Shown: one piece after another, positions 25,051 to 35,340 of the stretch
Numbering within the stretch: the first letter of the stretch is position 1
How the letters are laid out: each line of letters starts with the position of its first letter
NCBI RefSeq assembly: GCF_964213995.1
Contig: NW_027590338.1
Span: 372,001 to 436,000, forward strand
Direction: 5' to 3'
Source of the DNA: Mustelus asterias
Taxonomy: Eukaryota
DNA length: 64,000 nt
Notes under the pieces: model-generated
The model's input: the letters and a program-made list of their open reading frames with translations, nothing else
Database searches by the model: none
Told to the model about the DNA's origin: nothing
Program-made: the position numbers and the translations under genes

Positions 25051-25830
25051 TGGAGGATGGTTCACATCAGAGGATGGGGGAGGGGGACAATAAATAAGAG
25101 GTTACACTTTGGCCTCAAATCAATGAGGACTCTGATCTCTGGGAAGGAAGGAAACCCTGGGAGGTGGGCGGGGAGGATTCACAAACACCCGCTGGAGGCC
25201 CCAACACCCCCAATAAGAGCCATTGGTTTTATTGTCAGTCTGCAGACAGGAGCTGGAGAACTGAACCCAGACAGAGGAGAGGGAGGGAGAAAACTGGGAG
25301 TGGAGGAAAGAAATGGTGAGATGGGTTTGGATTTCAGCCCAGGGAGGAGGGAGAGTGTGTGGTACAGGGATTTACTGATTTGGGGGAACAAGAGAGGCAA
25401 TTTTCCTTTTAGCATGGCCAATCAACCTAACTCGCACATCTTTGGACTGAATTTCTATCTCGATTGACCGTGACGATTTTTGTTAACTCCTTTTACAGGT
25501 GAGGTGAGGAAACATCACATAAAAATCAGATTGAGTATCGACTTATTTGGACCTGAATATCCTGAGACTTTGAACGTGGAAGGAGAAATGTTTGTCTGTT
25601 CTGCCTGGAGGAGAAGATTTCAAACATCAGTGTGACTGGAAAAGCACTGAGACACACACACCCAAGTGAGAGTGTTCCAGTGAACTGACTGTGGAAAAAG
25701 CTTAAACCAGTTACACAGCCTGAAAAAACATCACACCATTCACAGCTGGGAGAAACTGTACATATGTTGTGTGTGTGGACAAGACTTCAACTGATCATCC
25801 AACCTTGAGAGACACAAGGACACTGGCACT

Positions 25831-26364
25831 ATGGAGAAACCGTGGAAATGTGAGGATTGTGGGAAGGGATTCAATTATCCTTCCCATCTCGAAACTCATT
25901 GTCGCAGTCACACAGGAGAGAGACCGTTCATCTGCTGTGTGTGTGGAAAAGGTTTTGTTCAGTCACAACACATGCAGTCACACCAACGCTCTCATTCCAA
26001 TAAGAGACATTTAAAATGTTCCAACTGTGAGAAGAGCTTTAAGAGCAAAAAGCACTTGAAACAGCACCAACGCACACACACTGGAGAGAGGCCGTTCATC
26101 TGTTCTGTGTGTGGGAAGGGATTCACTCAGTCAGCCACTCTGATAAGACACCAGCAGACTCACACGGGAAAAAGGCCGTTCACCTGCTCAGTGTGTGGGA
26201 AAGGATTCATTCAGTCATCCACCCTGCTGAGGCATCTGCGAGTTCACACTGGGGAGAGGCCGTTCCCTTGCTTCAACTGTGGGAAGGAATTCACTCGGTT
26301 AGACACTCTCAGTTTGCATCAACATGTTCACACTGAAAAATTACTTTTTAAACATTACGAATGA
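25831..26364 (+). CDS. C2H2 zinc-finger protein, 6 fingers
   Basis: MEKPWKC start and six canonical fingers; acceptor CTCCTTTTACAG ending at 25498. Confidence 0.85.
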   Translation: MEKPWKCEDCGKGFNYPSHLETHCRSHTGERPFICCVCGKGFVQSQHMQSHQRSHSNKRHLKCSNCEKSFKSKKHLKQHQRTHTGERPFICSVCGKGFTQSATLIRHQQTHTGKRPFTCSVCGKGFIQSSTLLRHLRVHTGERPFPCFNCGKEFTRLDTLSLHQHVHTEKLLFKHYE

Positions 26365-26962
26365 GAGAAGAGTGAGTTGCAGACACACCAATGCATTTGT
26401 GTTGAAGAGTGGATGCTCACCTGCTCTGTCTGTGGAAGGGACTTATTCAGTCACAACACCTATTGAGACATCAGTAAGTTTTTGTGCAAGGGTGGGATTC
26501 TGTCAATCACTTCCATTGTGTGTTTCTGCTCATGTTAAACTCCAACCCTGTTATAGGAGTTATTGATATTCTAGATAAATGTCACTAAGTCAGTTTTTAT
26601 GGAAATGCGCAGTGCTGTGTTAATATTTCTCCAATGGAAGAGGAGACTAATTGATGTCCTGCTGCCAGCTTCATTTTGGGGCCTTTTATCATTTCGAACT
26701 GTAGATTATTTCAGTTCTCACGCCTTCGGTTAGTCTCATGGACAATTCTCAGCTCCCCATATTTTCCAGAGTGTCTCTCCTGGCGCTGGGATCCAGGGAA
26801 GTTATCGGTCACAGTCCTGTGATCAATAAAGCTAAAACCAAGTCTGCTTGTTGTTTTTGACTCTTGGACTTCACCCCTGTCCCAAAACATCTCTCTCTTC
26901 TTTGACATGTGAATGGAACATGATGCCTGCAAACCTGGTTTCAATTGAAATCGTCTCAGCAA

Positions 26963-27490
26963 ATTTAACAGGAGCCTGCAGGCTGATGAGACAGTGTTAC
27001 ACTGTCAGTGTGTTCCTGTACTGCTCTGTATTTAACAGGAGTCTGCAGGCTGATGAGACAGTGTTACACTGTCAGTGTGTTCCTCTGCTGCTCTGTATTT
27101 AACAGGAGCCTGCAGGCTGATGAGACTGTGTTACACTGTCAGTGTGTTCCTCTGCTGCTCTGTATTTAACAGGAGCCTGCAGGCTGATGAAACAGTGTTA
27201 CACTGTCAGTGTGTTCCTGTACAGCTCTGTATTTAACAGGAGCCTGCAGGCTGATGAGACTGTGTTACACTGTCAGTGTGTTCCTGTGCCGCTCTGTATT
27301 TAACAGGAGCCTGCAGGCTGATGAGACTGTGTTACACTGTCAGTGTGTTCCTGTGCTGCTCTGTATTTAACAGGAGCATCCAGACTGATGAGACTGTGTT
27401 ACACTGTCAGTGTGTTCCTCTGCTGCTCTGTATTTAACAAGAGCCTCCAGACTGATGAGACTCTTCTACGGTCAGTGTGCTCCTCTACTG
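26963..27490 (+). repeat. 67-bp minisatellite, ~8 copies
   Basis: Unit ATTTAACAGGAGCCTGCAGGCTGATGAGAC(A/T)GTGTTACACTGTCAGTGTGTTCCT(G/C)T(A/G)CTGCTCTGT starts at 26963, 27030, 27097, 27164, 27231, 27298, 27365 and 27432. Confidence 0.95.
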
Positions 27491-28122
27491 TGGAGCCTTT
27501 GCTGTTATGAAATGTGGGTGAATAGTAATGAACCCCACATCGTTGCTCATGTTGCTGTGATTGTGCAGAAAGGGGATGTGTAAAGAGCTGGTCTTTGTGT
27601 GGAGATGTGAACCAAGGAAATGGTATCTGTTTGTGACAGTGACACAGCCTGTGCTCACACTCAGAACAATGCACACATATCATTCTGGTTACGGTTTGAA
27701 CAGGGTCAGATCATAACTGTAGTGAACAATTTAAATATAACTATCTCCAGTGTAGCTGCAGCTTGTTCAATCAGAGCTGAGGAGGAGAGAGCTCTGAATC
27801 CACTGTATTACCTCTGTTCTCCAGACTGGGTAACTTTTTAAATCGAATGATATTTCATTCAAGAAACAGGATCACAGCCAAAAGGCTGAATTGCTGTGTA
27901 ACTTATATCAAAAAATCATAAAATTCAGGTACAGACCAAATAATCATGTTAAACACATGGAAACTGTGACAATCCAGTAATAATAACAATTAACAAATTC
28001 ATCAGGTAACAGGAAAGTGGTAGACAGGATATTAAAGAAGGAATATTGAATTAGATTATGTTAAAATTACAGACCAATACACCATTACAGGCTCGGAGAT
28101 GCAGATAAATTTCATATAAAAG

Positions 28123-28507
28123 GCAGGCAGTGGTGTAGTGATATTGTCGCTGGACTAGTAATCAAGAGTCCCAGGTAATACTTCAGGGACCAGGGTTCGA
28201 ATCCCACCACGGCAGGTGGTGAAATCTGAATTCAATAAAAATCTGGAGTTAAAAGTCTCATGACCATGAAACTGTTGTCGATTGTTGTAAAAAAAACCCC
28301 ATCTGGTTCACGAATGTGTTTAGGGAAGGAAATCTGCCATCCTTACCTGGTCTGGCACATCTTTGACTCCAGATTCACAGCAATGTGGTTGACTCTTAAA
28401 TGCCCTCTGCAATGGCCCAGCAAACTCCTCAGTCCAAGGGTAATTAGGGTGGGTACTAAATGCTGGCCAAGCCAGTGACATCCACATCACATGAATGAAT
28501 AAAAAAT
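28123..28507 (+). mobile_element. tRNA-headed SINE, Deu-domain-like, with a tail shared with the LINE at 56870-57720
   Basis: A box TGGTGTAGTGA, B box GGTTCGAATCC, core AGGGAAGGAAATCTGCC.TCCTTACCTGGTCTGG, tail TAAATGCTGGCC.AGCCAG.GAC.TCCAC..ATGAAT. Confidence 0.75.
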
Positions 28508-28565
28508 AAGTATTTCACTGAGTACTGGAACCATGTGAGGAATTACTCTGTCTGTATTATTGCAG

Positions 28566-28870
28566 TGCTGTTAATAAAGTCAGTAAAAGACAATCTGTTG
28601 TTGGGGATTTGATTATCTGGTGTCTGAAACTACAAGGTTCAATATTTAGAGTCAATAAGATGAACAAAGAAACACACCAGAGCCCAATACTCCAGCTGGA
28701 TATTCACAGGAGAAAGTCTGGTATCTAATACCTTGAGTGGAGCGAACAGAGAAAGACCCCAACGGTAAAGAACCCTCAAATTATTTATAAATAGGTTTCT
28801 AATGTTGACAGATTTCAACAGTCAGTTTCTATCACAGTGAAGTCAATGGAAGGTGAGAGATGGTTAAAGG
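28566..28870 (+). repeat. Unclassified ~300-bp block with a diverged copy at ~59028-59330
   Basis: Shared GTTAATA.AGTCAGTAAAAGACAATCT...CCCAATACTCCAGCTGGATATTCACAGGAGAAAGTCTG. Confidence 0.8.
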
Positions 28871-29205
28871 TTCCAGATAGAAATGTAACTTGATGTTATC
28901 ATTACCTTACATTGTAGATCCAGGAATGTCACACAAACATTTTCAATCTTCGTACTATTTTCAGACTGTAAAGTTAAACCTGCCGTTTTACTTTCAGTCA
29001 GGAACAGATCCCAGTTTTACACCAATCTCTGATTTGACAGCATGTTTCCAGCATTCTTCCTGACTCTAAACATAGTTGTAAAGGAGCTTCTGTTCCATAT
29101 CTAGGAGCTCTAAACCATGGAAGAGAGTGGCTTCCTCACACACATCAGGATTAACCCACACATTCAGTCTTCAATATGATTAAAAGCAGAATCTAATTCT
29201 TGCAG

Positions 29206-30555
29206 TCATTTGTGAACTCGCTGGTGTGTCACAAGGTGTGATGACTGAGTGAATCCCTTCCCACACTCAGAGCAGGTGAATGGCCTCTCCCCAGTGTGAA
29301 CTCGCTGGTGTTTCAGGAGTTGGGAAGACTGAGAGAATCTTTTCCCACAAACAGAGCAGGTGAATAGCCTCTCCTTAGTATGAACTCGTTGGTGCACCAG
29401 ACTGTCTGATGACTGAATGAATCCCTTAGCACACACTGAGCAGGTGAATGGCCTCTCTCCAATGTGAACTCGCTGGTGCAACAGAAGCTGGTATGACTGA
29501 GTGAATCCCTTCACACTCTCAGAGCAGATGAATGGTCTGTTCCCAGTGTGAACCTGCTGGTGTGTCACAAGGTGGGATGTCTGAGTGAATCCCTTCCCAC
29601 ACACACAGCAAATAAATGGCCTCTCCTCAGTGTGAACTCGCTGGTGTGGTTGAGTGAATCCCTTTTCACACACACAGCAAGTGAATGGCCTCACCCCAAT
29701 GTGATGTCGCTGGTGAATTAGCAAGTCAAATGACTGAACAAATCTCTTCCCACTCACACACAAGATGAACAGTTTCTCCCCAGTGTGAAGTCGCTGGTGT
29801 ATTTGCAGATACTTCTTGCTTTTAAAGCTCTTCTCACAGTCAGAACATTTAAAAAGTCTCTGATCACTGTGTACATGTTGATGTTCAGTGACCTGGGATG
29901 ACTGAGTGAATTTGTTGCCACACACAGGCCTGGTGAATGCGCTCTCCTCAGTGTGAACTTGCTCATGAGCCAGGAGGTCACATGAGTCAGCAAATTCCTT
30001 CCCACACATGGAGCATCTGAACAGCCTCTCCTGGGTATGAACTGGCTGGTGTGTCGACAGACTGGATAACTGAGTAAATCCATCTCCACACATGGAGAAG
30101 GTGAAAGGTCCCTCCCCAGTGTGACTGCATTGATCATGTCCCAGTTCAAAAGGGAAAATTAATCCCATCCCACAGTCACCATATGTCCACGCTTTCTCCG
30201 CGATTCAATTATTCATTTGTCTCTCCAGGTTGGATGATCAGTTGGAGCCTCACACAGAACACCTGTACATTTCTCCACACTGAATGGTATGATGTTTTTT
30301 CAGGCTGTTTAATGGTTAAAGTTCTTTCCACAGTCAGTTCACTGGAACACTCTCACTCGGGTGTATGTGTGTCTCGGTGCTTTTCCAGTTACACTGATGT
30401 TTAAAATCTTTCCCCACAGACAGAACAGACAAACATTTCTCCTTCCACATTCAGAGGTTGATGATATTCAGGTCCTGATGAATCAAGTGACTGTCAGATT
30501 TTGATATGATGTTTGTTCTGACTTTCCCATCTGGAAATTCTCTCCCTCGAACTCC
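29206..30555 (-). pseudogene. Degenerating C2H2 zinc-finger gene
   Basis: Open frame 29206-30168 with about 11 finger units, several lacking a Cys or carrying deletions. The MEKPWKC start is corrupted. Family leader present, acceptor at 30556-30557; no exon 1 or promoter upstream. Confidence 0.75.
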
Positions 30556-30814
30556 CTGCAAAAGGAGTTTACAGAAGTTATCAGTGTAAGTACAGGACAT
30601 AAATTCAGAGCAAACAATTCTGTGCCCACACACACTTCTCCCTCTCTGCTCATTGCTCGATTCAGTTTCTAGTCTTCTCTCTAGGTTCTCTCCCCTCCTG
30701 TCCTCAAACTGGTGACACTGGCTGTGGATCAATCCCACTCCGTCACTCTCATTCTCACAAATAATGCAGCTCACAACAACAATTTAACGAAGGGTCATCT
30801 GGACTCGAAACGTT

Positions 30815-30895
30815 CTAAATGTTAGCGACGCCAAGATCACAGACACCGCCACCTATTTCTGTGCAGTGAAGATCAATATCGGTCGTACAAAAACC
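30815..30895 (+). pseudogene. 3' end of an antigen-receptor V segment with RSS nonamer (relic)
   Basis: Reads LNVSDAKITDTATYFCAVK (V-set L.I....D.A.Y.C motif), followed 15 nt later by a perfect nonamer ACAAAAACC (30887-30895). Heptamer and spacer are not intact, and the 5' part is missing. Confidence 0.65.
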
Positions 30896-31547
30896 GGCAG
30901 AAGAACAGTCCTGGCATGTTTGTAGCCTGTGCTTCATCAGAGAACTGGGCATTTATATAAAGCTGTCCCTGGAAAACTTTCTCCAGTCTCCCAGTAAGTG
31001 AAATATATTCCTGATCTGCGTTCCTTATTTAACTTCAGACGAGAAGGAACAACATACTGTTAGATGTGAGTTATTGCCTGTCCGAATCTACACCAGGCAC
31101 AGTTGCTGTCCAAGGACCTTTCTGATGTCCTGGTTGTGCTGTTCGGTGATTTGCTTTCTAAAGGACCATTTTTCACTTCATTGGTTAAATTCAATCCCAG
31201 ACTTTTATACATTTTGTTTTTGATATAGAACCCAGTGACACAGACTCACTGCCTTGGGATCCTTTTCAGTTAACTGGCAGGATGAACAGCCCATAATGAG
31301 CGGCATTACTGCACGCCTGTCGGTATTCTCCACCTCGGCCGGCACACTATGTTCCAAGTTATTTACTGAGCTGATATCACTTGGGGTACAGTTATGAATT
31401 CTGATTTCCCAGACAGGCTCCCCATTGATTTCAACAAGGGCAGGGACAGCAATCCAAACGTTTGATATAAAAACCTGACTCTGTAAAGCTAGAAAGAAAC
31501 TAATGTCTCAGGTAAAGGCCCCAAAAACATTTGACCGAATGCGCTGA

Positions 31548-31584
31548 GGTTTATGTGCTTTTCCTGACGCTGTGCCTCACAGCA
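31548..31584 (+). other. D-segment-like RSS arrangement (relic)
   Basis: GGTTTATGT (8/9 nonamer) - 11 nt - CGCTGTG (6/7 heptamer) - CCT - CACAGCA (5/7 heptamer); no downstream nonamer found. Confidence 0.4.
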
Positions 31585-31946
31585 TAGTAATCGGCCGTTC
31601 CATCCTCCGCGCTCATGCCGCCTATACTGAGGAACCAGACTCGTCAACAGCCATCACAAATGTTGCTGAGATTTTCCCTTTCCCAGTGCTAATTTTTTTT
31701 AGTGCTAATTACCCATCCTGGGTGCTCTGCCTATTTCTGCTGATGCAATTGCATAGTTGATCTGATTATTCACAATCTAACTGCGCTAAACCTTCTTCTT
31801 GCACAGTTAACGGCACCAGAGACTGAGTTACTGCACATATTCCGCCTGTAAAAGTAGATAAATAAGAGTCCAAGGTTAAAGAGGAACGATATATCTGTAT
31901 GTGTGCGTAAGTTTCCATTTTACAACCTGTCCATATATATATACAT

Positions 31947-32295
31947 GGGCGGCACGGTAGCACAGTGGTTAGCACTGCTGCTTCACAGCTCCAGGGACCT
32001 GGGTTCGATTCCCGGCTTGGGTCACTGTCTGTGTGGAGTTTGCACATTCTCCTCGTGTCTGCGTGGGTTTCCTCCGGGTGCTCCGGTTTCCTCCCACTGT
32101 CCAATGATGTGCGGGTTAGGTTGATTGGCCGTGCTAAAATTGCCCCTTAGTGTCCTGGGATGCATAGGTTAGAGGGATTAGCGGGTAAATATGTAGGGAT
32201 ATGGGGGTAGGGCCTGGGTGGGATTGTGGTCGGTGCAGACTCGATGGGCCGAATGGCCTCTTTCTGTACTGTAGGGTTTCTATGATTTCTATGAT
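31947..32295 (+). mobile_element. Full-length V-type tRNA SINE (HE1-like)
   Basis: GGGCGGCACGGTAGCACAGTGG head, B box GGTTCGATTCC, core, and CR1-like tail ending TTTCTATGATTTCTATGA; inserted in a TA tract. Confidence 0.9.
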
Positions 32296-32483
32296 ATATA
32301 TATTATATACATATATACCGTGAACTATATTAAATCAGATTACAATCTATTGTCGTCAATCTGCTAAACTGTGTTAATGAACATAATTCTTCACTTACTG
32401 TCACATAGCGCCGCCAGTCTGTCTGACTGAGTATCTCAGTGAATGGGAATGGGATGATTGAGACACAATGCAGGGACCAGCCC

Positions 32484-32557
32484 CATTGTGACCTCACTCA
32501 GGAACTCATCCCTTTTGGCTTCGGTGTTGGACCCACGTGACCTTCTAATGAGTATGC
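32484..32557 (+). pseudogene. J-segment-like relic (FGxG type)
   Basis: Heptamer CATTGTG (6/7), then LTQELIPFGFGVG and, after a 1-nt shift, THVTF. Possible donor GTATGC at 32552. The nonamer 23 nt upstream is poor (GGATGATTG). Confidence 0.35.
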
Positions 32558-32565
32558 AGGGATTT

Positions 32566-32581
32566 GGTGCCCTCTGCTGGC
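32566..32581 (-). promoter_or_regulatory. CTCF-like site
   Basis: Minus strand GCCAGCAGAGGGCACC, a strong match to the CTCF core. Confidence 0.55.
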
Positions 32582-32593
32582 AGATTCTGTTCA

Positions 32594-33113
32594 CAGTAAG
32601 AAGTCTCACAACACCAGGTTAAAGTCCAATGGGTTTATTTGGTAGCAAACACCATAAGCTTTCGGAGCGCTGCTCCTTCGTCAGATGGAGTGGAAATGTG
32701 CTCTCAAACAGTGCACAGAGACACAAAATCAAGTTACAGAATACTGATTAGAATGCGAATCCCTACAGCCAACCAGGTCTTAAAGATGGAGACAATGTGG
32801 GTGGAGGGACTTGTCTGCTAATTTTTTTTTACTGCTAATTACCCATCCTGGGGGCTCTGCCTATTTCTGCATCTGCATTGTCTGCATCTTTAAGACCTGG
32901 CTGGCTGTAGGGATTCGCATTCTAATCAGTATTCTGTAACTTGATGTTGTGTCTGTTTGCAGTGTTTGAGAGCACATTTCCACTCCATCTGACGAAGGAG
33001 CAGGTCTCCGAAAGCTTATGGTGTTTGCTACCAAATAAACCTGTTGGACTTTAACCTGGTGTTGTGAGACTTCTTACTTTGTTCACCCCAGTCCAACGCC
33101 GGTATCTCCACAT
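32594..33113. mobile_element. Penelope-derived inverted-repeat element with two hammerhead motifs
   Basis: About 205-bp arms (32594-32798 and 32876-33080) in inverted orientation; 13-bp target duplication CAGATTCTGTTCA (32581-32593 and 33114-33126). Confidence 0.85.
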
Positions 33114-33393
33114 CAGATTCTGTTCAATCAGGTTTGGAATGGGGTCATTGAGAACATTTTGGGGCTTGTTGATTTACATACCTCACCAAATATCTTCTTC
33201 CGAGAATTCTGAATTGGAATTGGTGAGACTGAATTTTATTATTTGAAGCCAATTGGATGTCATATGATGAGGTTGGCGGCAATGAACCAATCAATAGGGG
33301 CCCGGATATGACTCAACTTCTTCCCAACTCTTGACGAAAACAATTTCAGCTTCAACCCGTTCTGGTCACATCCACTGCGAGCTCTCGGCAAAC

Positions 33394-33445
33394 ATGTCTC
33401 CCGTTACCCTATATTTATTCCTCACAGCAGCAGCTCTTTTAACTG
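33394..33445 (+). other. Orphan signal-peptide (leader) exon candidate
   Basis: AACATG start, MSPVTLYLFLTAAALLT plus G, phase-1 donor GTAAGT; upstream CCAAT, GATGTCA and TGACTCA motifs. No recognisable intact downstream exon. Confidence 0.5.
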
Positions 33446-35019
33446 GTAAGTTCACAAGTTGCTCAACACTGTGTTTCACATGTTTCCCTCACACTATATT
33501 ATGTCGGGCAGTTCGTTCAGTGGAAGGGGGTGAGGGGAGGTGATCGGAGGATTGGCTTGATCTCAACTTCGAATAGTCATTCGGATCTCGCTGATTTCAA
33601 CACTGAACACTGTTTGATGGCAGTCGACACATTTTCGAAGTTAGGCCGAGATTCAAACTTCTCTGATAACAAAAAATGATTTGACAATCACTAGACTTTC
33701 AAACACACAGACACTGAGCAATTTCCCGTTCCAGTCACAGGGAATGAAGGCGAGGAACTAATCTCGTTAGAAAGTACAGAATGTTTATGTTGGAAGTTAG
33801 AAAGATAAAAAAACAGAGTGTTGATTAACAGTGAATAGAGAAAGTTTAACATTAACAATTGAACAGACTTCTCTCCATCCCTCTCAGACCAGGACATGAA
33901 ATGACCGCTCCAAAAACATGGATAACTTGTAAAACCAACAGCTCTCAACACCGCTCTGTAAACATCTCTCCCTCCACCTTTCTCAACCAAATTGCCTTCT
34001 CAAGACCACTTTTTTATACTTTAAAAATGTTAAAAAGACCATCTTAGCCCATTCCCATAAATCTTCAATTATAAACTAAAATAGACACGAGTTTCCGGGC
34101 GATTTAAAAACAAATTAACTGTCTGCTGAAAGAGTTAACTTTTCTACAGAACCTAAAGGGGTGGGGAGTGAGCAGCAAAAACTTGGCACACAATTACATC
34201 ACTTTACACAAGTTTAAAACAAAACAAATCATTTTAAATTTCATCCATTAATTTTTTTGTTCTATTCCTCAACCTACTTAATTTGATCAGTTTTTGATAG
34301 GGATGGTAACTTTTGTTCTTTATAAACTGATTCACTCATTCTGTTTACTCTACATCAGCTCGAGAATCAGAACCCAGACTTTATCATCCTTATCCTTTTT
34401 CTCCTTTTGCCACCACTCCCTCTGTTTTGCGGGAGGGTCGTGGGGATTCCAATCAGAACTAATCATTTTATCATAAAAGTGAAATACTGCGGATACTGGA
34501 ATCTGAAAGAAAACAGAAAATGCTGGAAAATCTCCGCAGGTCTGACAGTATCTGTGGAGAGAGAATAGAGTCAATGTTTCAAGTCTGGATGTCCCTTTAT
34601 AAGAGCTCTTATGAAGTGTCATCCAGACTCGAAAGATTGGCTCTATTCTCTAATCAGTTTAATCGATAAGTTTCTTGTTCTTAGTTTCCAAATGGCAGGA
34701 AGAGACCTGTCCGGTCCCCACTTGAGCTCTGATTTTTCGCTGGCCATGCTTGGGTAGGATTATAACCATTAGAATCTACTCTCAGAGGTCTGCTTTTCAG
34801 TCCAGTGCTACTTGGAGTATACCGTCACTTCACTGACTAATGGGTCACAAGTCCCTCACAGTTCTTATCACAAATTTATGATAAAATAATTTAAACATGC
34901 CTGAAAACGCTTCTTCACCTCTTAGTCAGCTTCCTACCCCCGTTTGTTCATTAGTCAGACCCCTTTTTCACAGATTCCAGGATCTCAGCTGCTGAACACC
35001 AGTCGGTCCTGCAATAATC

Positions 35020-35340
35020 TCATAGAATCTCTACAGTGCAGTAGGAGGCCATTCGGCCCATCAAGTATGCACCAACCACAATCCCACCGACCCTATCCCC
35101 ATTACCCCATGCATTTACCCCAGCTAGTCCCCCTGACACGAAGGGGCAATTTAGCATGGCCAATCCACCTAACCTGCACTTCTTTGGAGTGTGGAAGGAA
35201 ACCGGAGCACCCGGAGGAAACCTACACAGACATGGGGAGAATGTGCAAACTCCACACAGGCAGTGGCCCAAGCTGGGAATTGAACTCGGGTCCCTGGCGC
35301 TGTGAGGCAGCAGTGCTAACCACTGTGCCACATGCCGCCC
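35020..35340 (-). mobile_element. V-type tRNA SINE
   Basis: Reverse complement of the 31947 family consensus. Confidence 0.85.

Noticed and set aside
25676-25695. TGA at a zinc-ligand Cys position (FQ*TDC) in five leaders, suggesting selenocysteine
   Set aside because: The same frame has other stops at non-Cys positions, two paralogs keep TGC, some copies are frameshifted, and I could not identify a SECIS. A shared founder mutation is simpler.
26963-27490. CRISPR-like array or C/D snoRNA cluster (TGATGA/CTGA)
   Set aside because: Units are contiguous with no unique spacers and the context is eukaryotic. The box C and box D motifs overlap rather than flanking a guide.
31358-31393. Additional RSS-like AGTTATTTA-12-CACTTGG
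   Set aside because: Only 5/9 and 5/7 matches with no partner signal; too weak to list separately.
31947-32020. tRNA-like sequences with A and B boxes
   Set aside because: They are SINE heads continuing into SINE core and LINE-like tail; not called as tRNA genes.
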